NCBI GenBank assembly: GCA_050949525.1
Contig: JBMNFW010000001.1
Span: 529-64,528, forward strand
Direction: 5' to 3'
From: Patescibacteria group bacterium
GTDB taxonomy: Bacteria > Patescibacteriota > Patescibacteriia > Patescibacteriales > UBA12465
Length of the DNA: 64,000 nucleotides
Shown here: positions 9,658 through 18,414 of the stretch, piece after piece
Numbering within the stretch: the stretch's first letter is position 1
Layout: the number at the start of each line of letters is the position of its first letter
Translations under genes and position numbers: made by a program
The notes under the pieces: generated by a model
Database searches by the model: none
Told to the model about the DNA's origin: nothing
Seen by the model: only the letters and a program-made list of their open reading frames with translations

Positions 9658-9780
9658 ATAAATATAGACAATCAACAATGCGCCTTCACTATAAATAAAT
9701 TAGTTGAACATACTTACATGTAATCTCTGTATCTCAAACGATTGTCTATAACGAGAAGTCACAATGACTTCTCTTTTTAT
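9658..9780 (+). ncRNA. Candidate orphan small RNA (promoter to terminator, about 120 nt)
   Basis: Closing stem ATAGACAATC (9664-9673) / GATTGTCTAT (9740-9749); terminator GAGAAGTCA-CAA-TGACTTCTC + T5 (9753-9779). No + strand gene downstream (next gene is convergent). Confidence 0.4.
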
Positions 9781-9790
9781 TATTATTCTT

Positions 9791-10951
9791 CTATTTACTA
9801 TCCTTAATAAGAAAAATAAAATAAAAGCAATATAAGAATAAAATAGCTGAAAATAAGAACAAAAACTCTATACTATAAAAACTTAAAACCAAAGCTCCAA
9901 TTCCAGCTCCCACTAAATAACCTAGAGGATGAGATGTTCTTAAAACATTAATATGACTCACATCTTCAACATCTACTAATTTAAAGAAACGAGATTCTCT
10001 CATTGCCTCTATTAAAGCGGCTCCGATTCGACTAAAAAATAATATAGCTCCCCATAAAAAAGGATTGTTGGATTTGACGCTAAAAAATAATACAAAAGAT
10101 AGAAATACAATAAAAGCTCCGATGGTCATCATTTCTTTCTCACCTAATCGTTTATCAGCAATTATCCCAGCCGGAATTTCAAATAGAACAAAAGGAACTA
10201 ACATAATTGAAAACATAATACCTAGAACAGACCAATCAAGACCAATAACTTTATTCAAATAAATAGGAATATATACCACAGCTGAAGCATAGAAAAAATT
10301 TAAAAAGAAAGAAGCAAAATATATACCTCTCAAACTATGATCATGCCAAAAATCTGAAAACACATGCTTAATAGTAAAATTATTATACTCAATACTTCGA
10401 CTAATCTTATTCTTATAATACAAAATAACTAAATAAAAAATTCCGGCAAAAATAGCGGAAGCAATATAAACCAAACTATAATCATTTTCACCTCGAACTA
10501 AAAGAGAGGCGATAGTTGGAGAAAAAATCCAACCAAGATTCATAAAAGTAAAAAATGTTGTTCTAACTTTTCCGGTATTAGCATTATCAGTAAAACTTTC
10601 TACGAATATATCCATATTAATCCACAACAACTGAGAAGTTATAAAAAGTAAAGAAAAAAAGAAAAATAAAGGAAGTGGAGTTTTAACAATTACCAACATT
10701 AAAAGTGAAATAGCATTAAGCAAAACCACCAACTTAGTAGAAAAAAAATTACCCACCTTTTTAATTAAAATCGGAAAAAAGATCATGGCAAAGAAAGTGA
10801 ACAAATAACCTCCTAGAAAAAATAAACCAACTGCTCGAACCGAAACCATATCTTCAATAAAACTAGAATTAATATAAGTAGGTAAGGCAGTAGATATTCC
10901 TAAAATAAAGCTCGTAATGTACAAAATTAACAAATTCTTATTATTCTTCAT
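9791..10951 (-). CDS. MFS-type transporter
   Basis: 386 aa, about 12 TM helices in 6+6 arrangement with central loop. Confidence 0.65.
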   Translation of the reverse strand: MKNNKNLLILYITSFILGISTALPTYINSSFIEDMVSVRAVGLFFLGGYLFTFFAMIFFPILIKKVGNFFSTKLVVLLNAISLLMLVIVKTPLPLFFFFSLLFITSQLLWINMDIFVESFTDNANTGKVRTTFFTFMNLGWIFSPTIASLLVRGENDYSLVYIASAIFAGIFYLVILYYKNKISRSIEYNNFTIKHVFSDFWHDHSLRGIYFASFFLNFFYASAVVYIPIYLNKVIGLDWSVLGIMFSIMLVPFVLFEIPAGIIADKRLGEKEMMTIGAFIVFLSFVLFFSVKSNNPFLWGAILFFSRIGAALIEAMRESRFFKLVDVEDVSHINVLRTSHPLGYLVGAGIGALVLSFYSIEFLFLFSAILFLYCFYFIFLIKDSK

Positions 10952-11790
10952 AAATTATTTTTTACTTTTTTATAAAACCAAAAATTAAAACCAATGGTTA
11001 CTAATATTAATAAAAGGCTCATTATCTGAGGCCAGCGCCAACCCAAAACAATTGGAGCAAAGTCTATTCTAACAAATTCTAAGAAAAATCTCAAAATTGA
11101 ATATAAAATTAAATATAAACTAACTATTAAAAGATACCGCGGTGTATTATAGCTCTTCTTTTTAAAAAAATACCAATGAAGACAAAACAGAACAATAAAA
11201 ATAATAAAACAACCTAAAGATTCATATAAAAAAGTCGGATGAAACCAAGAATTATTCATATACTCCATAGGACGATTAGCTGGATTAATAAAAATACTCC
11301 AAGGACTATTGCTGGGTCGACCAAATAACTCTTGATTAAAATAATTACCCCAACGACCAATAGTTTGACCAATAGCTAATCCAACTACTAATAAGGATGA
11401 AATAAATAAAAATCCATCTCGAGTACTTAGACCTAAAACTGGTCGTCGTCGAACAAAAAAATATATTACTAATATTCCAGCTAAAATTCCACCATGAATT
11501 GCTAGCCCCCCCTGCCAAACTTTAAAAATATCAACCAAATGATTAGAATAATAACTCCACTCTAAAAAAACATCATAAATTCGAGCTCCTAAAAAACCAA
11601 AAATCAATAAATAAAAACAAAGATCTAAAATATAATCTCGATCAATTTTATACCTCTTAGCTAAAAACAAAACAACTAAGAGACCAACAGACATTCCTAA
11701 AACAATAAAGACCCCATACCAATACACTTTTAAAAAACCAAAAGAAAACAATAATGGCTGAGGATCAAAATTATGTAAAAAGTTAATCAT
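10948..11790 (-). CDS. lgt: Prolipoprotein diacylglyceryl transferase
   Basis: GRWGNYFNQELFGRP and HPTFLYES motifs typical of Lgt; 4-nt overlap with downstream MFS gene. Confidence 0.85.
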   Translation of the reverse strand: MINFLHNFDPQPLLFSFGFLKVYWYGVFIVLGMSVGLLVVLFLAKRYKIDRDYILDLCFYLLIFGFLGARIYDVFLEWSYYSNHLVDIFKVWQGGLAIHGGILAGILVIYFFVRRRPVLGLSTRDGFLFISSLLVVGLAIGQTIGRWGNYFNQELFGRPSNSPWSIFINPANRPMEYMNNSWFHPTFLYESLGCFIIFIVLFCLHWYFFKKKSYNTPRYLLIVSLYLILYSILRFFLEFVRIDFAPIVLGWRWPQIMSLLLILVTIGFNFWFYKKVKNNL

Positions 11791-11799
11791 TTAAAAAGG

Positions 11800-11881
11800 T
11801 GCGGACGGAGAGACTCGAACTCTCATGGATCACTCCGCTTGCTCCTAAGGCAAGTGCGTCTACCAGTTTCGCCACGTCCGC
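11800..11881 (-). tRNA. tRNA-Leu (anticodon TAG), long variable arm
   Basis: Acceptor GCGGACG/CGTCCGC, anticodon arm CTTGC-CTTAGGA-GCAAG, T arm GAGAG-TTCGAGT-CTCTC. Confidence 0.85.
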
Positions 11882-11925
11882 TAAATAAGATTATAATAAT
11901 ATAAAAACACCAATACTTCAAGATA

Positions 11926-11954
11926 TTGACATTTTTTATCATTTATGATATAAT
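11926..11954 (+). promoter_or_regulatory. Consensus extended -10 promoter for the 12051 gene
   Basis: TTGACA (11926-11931), 17-nt spacer, TGaTATAAT (11946-11954). Confidence 0.5.
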
Positions 11955-11986
11955 ATACTTGTATTCAGTTCATTGACAAATATTTT

Positions 11987-12038
11987 TATGGTTATCATCT
12001 CTGTGATCTTAAACAAGACCCTAGAGATAATAACCATA
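11987..12038 (+). promoter_or_regulatory. Long 5'-UTR hairpin (16 bp, 1 mismatch, 20-nt loop) ending 12 nt before the start codon
   Basis: TATGGTTATCATCTCT (11987-12002) pairs with AGAGATAATAACCATA (12023-12038). Confidence 0.35.
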
Positions 12039-12050
12039 AAAATTAAAAAA

Positions 12051-12758
12051 ATGAAAAAAATATTATTATCAGTAATAGTAGTTTTATCTTTTTCTTTTAT
12101 CTTTGTAAATGTTAATGCTCAAAGCTCAAAAGAGCTATTGAGTAAAAGAGAAAAAGAAATTAAAAAGGCAAAAAAAGCTGGAGCATCTCCAACTGAAATA
12201 GAAGATATTAATGCCTTTTACGCCCCCTTTATCGAGATGGCGTTAACCAACGAAAAAACTCCCAATAGATCCAATAACAAAACTTATGGCTCAGCCATAA
12301 ATTTTGAAGGGAGAAGAGGAACTTTCAATGGTGGATCTATGTCCCTCAAAAACGGAGCTGATGCTTATGCCACAGTGATTCTATCAGAATCAACCGCTGA
12401 GATTAATCACGCAAATGCGAGATTAATCAATAAAATGGCAGATAACCTAGAAGAAGGGGGAAAGATGAGCGCCCCAGACCTTAGTTTAGGGTTAGAAGGG
12501 ATAATCATCAATCGTTACCGTTATCAAGAATTAACGGTGACAATTGTTGGATTGACAAACTCATTTGAAAAAACTTATCTCCTTAGAAAAGGAGAAAGTG
12601 TAGTGGATCATCTTTTACCTGGCCGTTATAGAGCTAGTGTAAAAGGGGCCAATGATAGAGGCCCTGGATTCAAAGAGTTCGAGGTTTCTCCTCATAAAAC
12701 CAACTACGCCAATGGTACAAATGTATTTTGGCACGTAGCTGGGGGAAGCTCGTGGTAA
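12051..12758 (+). CDS. Secreted hypothetical protein
   Basis: Start moved to MKKILLSVIVVLSFSFIFVNVNAQ (signal peptide) inside track ORF 11973-12758, whose upstream part is promoter/UTR hairpin. Confidence 0.6.
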   Translation: MKKILLSVIVVLSFSFIFVNVNAQSSKELLSKREKEIKKAKKAGASPTEIEDINAFYAPFIEMALTNEKTPNRSNNKTYGSAINFEGRRGTFNGGSMSLKNGADAYATVILSESTAEINHANARLINKMADNLEEGGKMSAPDLSLGLEGIIINRYRYQELTVTIVGLTNSFEKTYLLRKGESVVDHLLPGRYRASVKGANDRGPGFKEFEVSPHKTNYANGTNVFWHVAGGSSW

Positions 12759-12765
12759 AAAATAT

Positions 12766-12791
12766 AAAAAGCGTCAAAAGACGCTTTTTTT
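12766..12791. terminator. Bidirectional rho-independent terminator
   Basis: A5-GCGTC-AAAA-GACGC-T7 between convergent genes. Confidence 0.6.
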
Positions 12792-12816
12792 CATACTCAA
12801 AATTAAAATATGTAGT

Positions 12817-13230
12817 TTAATCAACTGGTGTATTATCATTTACTCCTCCAGGTAAATTCTTGAAAACAAAATTAGTAATACCATAAGCCATAACTACAAT
12901 CAATAAACCAATTACGGCATTTTTTATTCGAGATTGAGCTTGATGAACAATATCCTCATTTCCTCCAGCTGTCATCCAACGAAAACCACTAACTATTATT
13001 AAAATCACAAAAAGAATACCAAGGAATGATAAAACAACTCGTATAACATTAGCAACAATATGCTCAGCCCCATGAGGAGTAGCCAAGCCAGAGCTTTGTT
13101 GAAAAGCATTCATTTGTTGATTATTACCAATACTAACAGTTGATGGAGACTCTTGACCCCAAGAGATAAACGGAAAAAACAAAAACCCTACTAAAAGAAG
13201 ACTTAAAAATATTTGTTTAAAATTTTTCAT
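12817..13230 (-). CDS. Small secreted two-TM protein, TrbC/VirB2-like (CPR T4SS-pilin-type) paralog 1
   Basis: Signal peptide, then LSFLGILFVILIIVSGFRWMTAGGNEDIVHQAQSRIKNAVIGLLIVVMAYGI. Confidence 0.7.
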   Translation of the reverse strand: MKNFKQIFLSLLLVGFLFFPFISWGQESPSTVSIGNNQQMNAFQQSSGLATPHGAEHIVANVIRVVLSFLGILFVILIIVSGFRWMTAGGNEDIVHQAQSRIKNAVIGLLIVVMAYGITNFVFKNLPGGVNDNTPVD

Positions 13231-13253
13231 ATTTAAAAAATAAATACTAATAA

Positions 13254-13745
13254 TTATTGAATAGGGGTACTATCAGGAGTGCTAGTATTTTGTACTCTGG
13301 TAAGAAAATATTTATCAACAGTGTTCCAAATAGCATAAGCAGAAACTACTATTACTAAACCAATAACAGCATTCTTGATCCTATTCTGAGCCTTCTTAAC
13401 ATCCTCCTCATTTCCTCCAGCTGTCATCCATTGAAATCCTCCAACTATTATCAATACTATGAATAAAATTCCTAATAAACTTAAAACGGTATTAATAATA
13501 ACTCCAATATTAGCAGCTAAAGAAGTTTCGGTAGCATCAGCATAGCCACCACTAGTTCCGGCAGTTTTTAACTTGCCTAAAATTCTAGAATTACCAGTAG
13601 TGTCGGTAGTATTAGTGGTAGAATTACTAGGATCATCACTTTCATTACCTTCTTGAGCAAAAACAAAAAACGGTAAAGCTAAAATAATAACTAAAATAAT
13701 AACTGAAGATAATTGTCTTAAAAAAATATTTACTTTATTTTTCAT
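13254..13745 (-). CDS. TrbC/VirB2-like two-TM protein paralog 2
   Basis: Signal peptide, S/T/N-rich variable region, LSLLGILFIVLIIVGGFQWMTAGGNEEDVKKAQNRIKNAVIGLVIVV. Confidence 0.7.
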   Translation of the reverse strand: MKNKVNIFLRQLSSVIILVIILALPFFVFAQEGNESDDPSNSTTNTTDTTGNSRILGKLKTAGTSGGYADATETSLAANIGVIINTVLSLLGILFIVLIIVGGFQWMTAGGNEEDVKKAQNRIKNAVIGLVIVVSAYAIWNTVDKYFLTRVQNTSTPDSTPIQ

Positions 13746-13751
13746 ATTACA

Positions 13752-14129
13752 TTATTTAATATTATTTTTTAAAAGAGTACTTATGACAAAAACACTAATA
13801 GCGTAAGATAAGACAACAATCACTAAACCAATCACGGCATTTTTTATTCGATTTTTAGCTTTCTTAACTGATTCTTCATTACCCTCAGCTGTCATCCATT
13901 GAATTCCCCCAATAATCATTAAAACTACAAATATTATTCCTAAAAAACCCAAAACTGCTTGTATAACCATAGCTACCACTTCTTCAGGCTCTTTACTCGC
14001 ACCATATTCAGCTCCACTACCAACTTTATCTACCAAACTAAAAACATTAGCCCCAGCCCAAACTGGCGAAACCAGAAAAAAAGACAGAAGAGATATGAGA
14101 ACTATTTTTTTAAAAACACTTTTTATCAT
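13752..14129 (-). CDS. TrbC/VirB2-like two-TM protein paralog 3
   Basis: LGFLGIIFVVLMIIGGIQWMTAEGNEESVKKAKNRIKNAVIGLVIVV. Confidence 0.7.
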   Translation of the reverse strand: MIKSVFKKIVLISLLSFFLVSPVWAGANVFSLVDKVGSGAEYGASKEPEEVVAMVIQAVLGFLGIIFVVLMIIGGIQWMTAEGNEESVKKAKNRIKNAVIGLVIVVLSYAISVFVISTLLKNNIK

Positions 14130-14132
14130 ACT

Positions 14133-14636
14133 CTAATTTAAAAGATTAGACGGTCCGGAAAATCTAGAGACTATAAAATAAGTAATGGCATAAGCTAACA
14201 ACACTACCACTAATCCAATGATAGAGTTTTTGATAGTATTTTTAGCTTTTTTAACTGACTCTTCATTTCCTCCAGCTATCATCCATTGGATTCCGCCAAA
14301 AATTAATAAAACTAAAAATATAACTCCAATTAAGGACAACACCGCACCAATAATGGTTCCAGCACCTACTTCCAGTCCTCCAGAAAATATTCCACTAGCA
14401 TATCCACTACCAACACCACTTTTACCTAAACCATATCCAGATTCAAACTCAGATAAAGTAATAGTAGCAGGGGCCGGTGTTTCTATTTCTTCATTATTAC
14501 TATCATCAACGGTACTTATTACATTTTCAGGTTCAGGAATATTAGAAGGGCTCTCTGGATTATCTTGTGCTAAAACCAAAGTACTAGAAAAAATTAACAA
14601 AACAGAAAAAATAAATATTTGTTTTATAGCTTTCAT
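14133..14636 (-). CDS. TrbC/VirB2-like two-TM protein paralog 4
   Basis: LSLIGVIFLVLLIFGGIQWMIAGGNEESVKKAKNTIKNSIIGLVVVL. Confidence 0.7.
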   Translation of the reverse strand: MKAIKQIFIFSVLLIFSSTLVLAQDNPESPSNIPEPENVISTVDDSNNEEIETPAPATITLSEFESGYGLGKSGVGSGYASGIFSGGLEVGAGTIIGAVLSLIGVIFLVLLIFGGIQWMIAGGNEESVKKAKNTIKNSIIGLVVVLLAYAITYFIVSRFSGPSNLLN

Positions 14637-14640
14637 CTTT

Positions 14641-15033
14641 TTAAGAAGTTAAACTATCACCAATAAATTTAGTAATAGCATAAGCAGCTAACACCACCAC
14701 CAAACCAATAACGGCTTGAACTATTAAGTTTTTAGCTTTTTCAACTTGTTTTTCGTTTCCACTAGCTGTCATCCAAGTTAATCCACCATATACAATTAAA
14801 ACCATGAAAATCACTCCGACAAAGGATAAAACAGCACCAATTATTTTTCCAATCCTAGTCGCCATAAAACCTCCGGGATCATTTCCCACACCTTGAACAT
14901 TAAAGGCTTTCCTATTCTTCGAATCATAATTAGCCGATGTAAAAAGACCATAATCATTAGCACTAACTAAAACTGGAGTAAATGCTAAAAAAAACGAGAA
15001 ACTTATTAAAATAATCTTTTTTAAAAAATTCAT
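14641..15033 (-). CDS. TrbC/VirB2-like two-TM protein paralog 5
   Basis: LSFVGVIFMVLIVYGGLTWMTASGNEKQVEKAKNLIVQAVIGLVVVL. Confidence 0.7.
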   Translation of the reverse strand: MNFLKKIILISFSFFLAFTPVLVSANDYGLFTSANYDSKNRKAFNVQGVGNDPGGFMATRIGKIIGAVLSFVGVIFMVLIVYGGLTWMTASGNEKQVEKAKNLIVQAVIGLVVVLAAYAITKFIGDSLTS

Positions 15034-15090
15034 ATTTTATTTAAATAATTTTACCACACCTATAAACACTTAATATAAATGTTCATGGGT

Positions 15091-15114
15091 ATGGTGCTTA
15101 ATAATAAGCACCAT
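15091..15114 (-). terminator. Perfect 10-bp hairpin in the only sizeable gap of the pilin-like array (possible terminator or processing site)
   Basis: ATGGTGCTTA-ATAA-TAAGCACCAT; adjacent 12-bp palindrome AAAGTCGACTTT at 15121-15132; no clear U-tract. Confidence 0.3.
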
Positions 15115-15144
15115 ATTTCCAAAGTCGACTTTAGAAATATATTA

Positions 15145-15573
15145 TTATAGTTGTTCTCCAACTCCAGTAGCTTTAAATAATGAACTTAAAACGAATCGAG
15201 AAATACCCCAAGCCGCTAAAATAATAACTAAACCAATTACTCCAGCTCCTAGTAATTTTTTAGCTTCAGCAACATTATCTTCATTTCCTGCAGCTGTCAT
15301 CCATTTAAAGCCACCTAACAATACTATGATCACAGCCACGATACCTAATAATGTTAAAACTACATTAATTAACTGGGCTACCATAGCTCGAGGATCTTTA
15401 GCCCCCAATTTAATACCATCCTCCTCACTCATTTCAGGATTAGTACCATCAACAAAATCAAGACCAAAAGTACTATTAACAGCTTCATTATTAGTAGCAG
15501 TAACGCTATTTATACCCAATAAAGGAATGCAAAATAATGAAATGATAAATAAACTTAATATTTTTTTCTTCAT
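15145..15573 (-). CDS. TrbC/VirB2-like two-TM protein paralog 6
   Basis: LTLLGIVAVIIVLLGGFKWMTAAGNEDNVAEAKKLLGAGVIGLVIIL. Confidence 0.7.
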   Translation of the reverse strand: MKKKILSLFIISLFCIPLLGINSVTATNNEAVNSTFGLDFVDGTNPEMSEEDGIKLGAKDPRAMVAQLINVVLTLLGIVAVIIVLLGGFKWMTAAGNEDNVAEAKKLLGAGVIGLVIILAAWGISRFVLSSLFKATGVGEQL

Positions 15574-15619
15574 AATTCACCACCTTTCTAGTTTTTAATT
15601 TTTAATTATTACGAGAAAA

Positions 15620-16694
15620 TTATACCATAAGTTCAAAAAAATAACAAGCTATTGTATTAGTCCACGTCATTTTGGAAAAAAAATTATTATTAACCAAATA
15701 ATTCATCGGAGATACTAATTCAAGGCTCCAATGTGGTCTATCGGTATTATACCAAAGAAGCCAATCAATTAACAAATTATTAAAATCATCTAAATTATCA
15801 AAGTATTTTTCACCACTCCAATCAATGAATTCTTCTTGAATAGTCCTATTAAACTTCTCAATATGACCCTGTTTGTATGGTCTACCTGGATAATTGAAAT
15901 AATGCTCAATTTTTCTCTCTTCTAAGTATTTTTTAAAATAGAGATGGAATTCTAAACCATTATCAGTCTGAACAGCCTTAATATTAAAGGGCATGACTTC
16001 TTCTAATTTTTTAAAAAAATCTTTAGCATTAGAGCTACTAATTCTGTTATAGGCATAAGCGAAAGCTGTTCGGCTAAAAGTATCAACAGCGGTAATAATA
16101 TATCTCTTTAATCCATTGTGAAATCTAACAACAGTATCTATCTCTATTAAATCCCCAGGATTATTTACTTGTAATTCCTTAGGTTTTCTTTTCTTTTTAG
16201 TTTTTTTAATTTTTTTAATCTTACCAAAATGAGATATTTTCTGTCTATGATGATATACATCTTTATCTTTAATAATTCTACCTATCTTTGATTCTGAGTA
16301 TATTGGTAAATTATTAATTTCACAAAATTTATCTAAAAATTTTTTAACTTTAGTTTTACCCATATTAGGACAAATCTCTAGTCTTAAACGTCTAATCTCT
16401 TTTAATATCAGAGGATGTATTTCTCTTTTATTCTTGTTAATCCTAGCTTGGGATTTAGGATTGAGAGCTTCTATCTTGCCACCCCCCTTCTCTAAATATT
16501 TTTTGCCAATTGTATAGGGTAGATTTTTTAACCCCAAAGGCATCAGTAGTGGCTTGAAGGCCATATTGCTTCCAAAATTCTAATATTTTGAGTCTTTGTC
16601 TAGCTTCTTTGGTAATCATATATTTTTGCTTAATTGCATCATTATATAATGTACCAAATCCGGGACAATTATAGTACTTAAACTTTATCTGCAT
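15620..16694 (-). pseudogene. Transposase of IS copy 2, split by +1 frameshift in a G6 run
   Basis: Track ORFs 16455-16694 (79 aa) and 15620-16564 (314 aa) together equal the copy-1 protein. C6 at 16482-16487 versus G5 at 2806-2810. One I-to-V change (KDVYHH). Confidence 0.7.
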
Positions 16695-16739
16695 ACATTT
16701 TGGGCTTTTTATTTTCCAAAATGTATCTGAACTTATTCA
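15653..16739 (-). mobile_element. IS element copy 2 (inverted relative to copy 1), 1087 bp, 5-bp TSD GCTAT
   Basis: Same termini as copy 1; GCTAT at 15648-15652 and 16740-16744; one extra G in a G-run relative to copy 1. Confidence 0.85.
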
Positions 16740-16758
16740 GCTATGATATAATAATTTT

Positions 16759-18411
16759 ATGAAAAAATGTAAATTTTTAAAACTATTAAATAGCCTGCTT
16801 TATATCTTAATGTTTTTAATTATTATTAATAACTCTCTAGGTTATTTAGATCCCGATTTAGGTTGGCATATAAAAGTAGGAGAAAGTATATATCAAGAAC
16901 AAGCCGTTCCTCATATTAATCATTATAATTTTGTTTTTTCAGACAACGATAATTTTTGGGTTGATCATGAATGGTTGTCTAATCTTTTAACTTACTTGAT
17001 TTATGATAATTTTGGTTATCTCTCCCTAACTCTCTTTTTTGCCCTAATATTATTTTTCACCTTATTAATACTAAATCAATTTATATTTAATAAAATCAGC
17101 TCTCAACCCATCTTTAAAACATTGTTAATAATTTTGGAAATAATATTGATTAAAGGTATACTACCCAGCTCCGGAATTAGAATACAAGAATTATCATGGT
17201 TATTTTTTATTTTACTCCTATTAATTATTTATAATTTTGAAGACAAGGTTATACTTAAAAAGAAAAAACCTTGGTTAATTTTAGGCTTCTTAATCCCACT
17301 ATTTTTCCTCTGGACTAATTCACACGGCAGCTTCATATTAGGTCCAGTAATTCTCTTTATTTATATTATAGTTAAAGCAGGAGAAATAATTATATTTAAA
17401 TCAAACTGTAAATTAAAATCATTTTTTGACTTTTCTAGAACTCTAGAAAAACAAAACATACTTCATTTAAGTCTCGCCCTAATTCTTAGTTCAGCTATAA
17501 GTCTAATAAATCCTTATGGATTAAAATTATTCGATTTTCTATTTATTTATAGTAAAAATACCGCCTATCTAAGAATAATCGCCGAATGGTTTTCACCTTT
17601 CTCCTTTCCACTAGTTCCTTGGAATCTTATTTATTTAGTTATTTTTCTAGTTGTATTTATATATTTTTTCATTATTAACAAAAAGAAAGAAGAACTTCAA
17701 TTCATACGACAACCTTGGAATCTCGCCCTTAACCTTATTTTCCTAATTTTATTTTTAAAATCAAAACGACATTTTCCACTATTTTTTATTGTCTCCTTTC
17801 CCAGCCTAGTTACTATTTTATGGTCAGGAATTAAAAACATTTTTTCAAATATTAAATTCAATCATAATGGAAAAATTGATATTTTTTTAAAAATCTTTAT
17901 TATCACCAGCATTATAATTTCTGGAATGGCTATACTTCTGAAAACGAATTTTCACCACCGCGATCCATTTAAATCATTTTGTGGAAAATATCCTTGTTAT
18001 GCGGTAAATTTTCTCCAAAAACATCATCAAAAATATCTTAATAAAAAACTATTTAACAATTATAATTGGGGCGGCTATCTTATTCATGAATACCCAGAAA
18101 AACAAATCTTTATTGATGGTCGCTTACCCCAAAAAACCTTAAAAAACCACAGCTATATTGAAGAATATTTACTTTTTTCATCTGAATCAGAGGAGATAAT
18201 AAAAGAAAAACTAGATGAATACGATATTGAGTTAGTTCTCATTTCTAAAGAAACTAAAAAAAGATTAAATTGGTTAGAACAAATACTGCTTTTTAAGAAC
18301 ACCAAAATCTTAGTAGCTAAAAATAATTTAAAAGATTTTCTAAATAAGGACAGTAACTGGATTTTAATTTACGAAGACCAAACCAGTATTATCTATGAAA
18401 AAATTAATTAA
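16759..18411 (+). CDS. Large polytopic membrane protein, possibly GT-C-type glycosyltransferase
   Basis: 550 aa, more than 10 TM helices plus soluble C-terminal domain; LGWHIKVGE...DHEWLSNLL N-terminal motif; function not established. Confidence 0.5.
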   Translation: MKKCKFLKLLNSLLYILMFLIIINNSLGYLDPDLGWHIKVGESIYQEQAVPHINHYNFVFSDNDNFWVDHEWLSNLLTYLIYDNFGYLSLTLFFALILFFTLLILNQFIFNKISSQPIFKTLLIILEIILIKGILPSSGIRIQELSWLFFILLLLIIYNFEDKVILKKKKPWLILGFLIPLFFLWTNSHGSFILGPVILFIYIIVKAGEIIIFKSNCKLKSFFDFSRTLEKQNILHLSLALILSSAISLINPYGLKLFDFLFIYSKNTAYLRIIAEWFSPFSFPLVPWNLIYLVIFLVVFIYFFIINKKKEELQFIRQPWNLALNLIFLILFLKSKRHFPLFFIVSFPSLVTILWSGIKNIFSNIKFNHNGKIDIFLKIFIITSIIISGMAILLKTNFHHRDPFKSFCGKYPCYAVNFLQKHHQKYLNKKLFNNYNWGGYLIHEYPEKQIFIDGRLPQKTLKNHSYIEEYLLFSSESEEIIKEKLDEYDIELVLISKETKKRLNWLEQILLFKNTKILVAKNNLKDFLNKDSNWILIYEDQTSIIYEKIN

Positions 18412-18414
18412 ATT

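Noticed and set aside
14218-14652. 144-aa + strand ORF (P/S-rich) across the pilin-like array; also 13959-14141 and 15326-15598
   Set aside because: They lie antisense to well-supported paralogous genes with conserved motifs. Their composition is the mirror image of G/A/I-rich codons, they have no start context, and they overlap real genes completely.
2554-16739. Composite transposon formed by the two IS copies
   Set aside because: Each copy has its own matching 5-bp TSD, and there is no shared TSD at the outer ends. The cargo is core (rpsF, ssb, rpsR, efp, lgt). Two independent insertions explain the data better.
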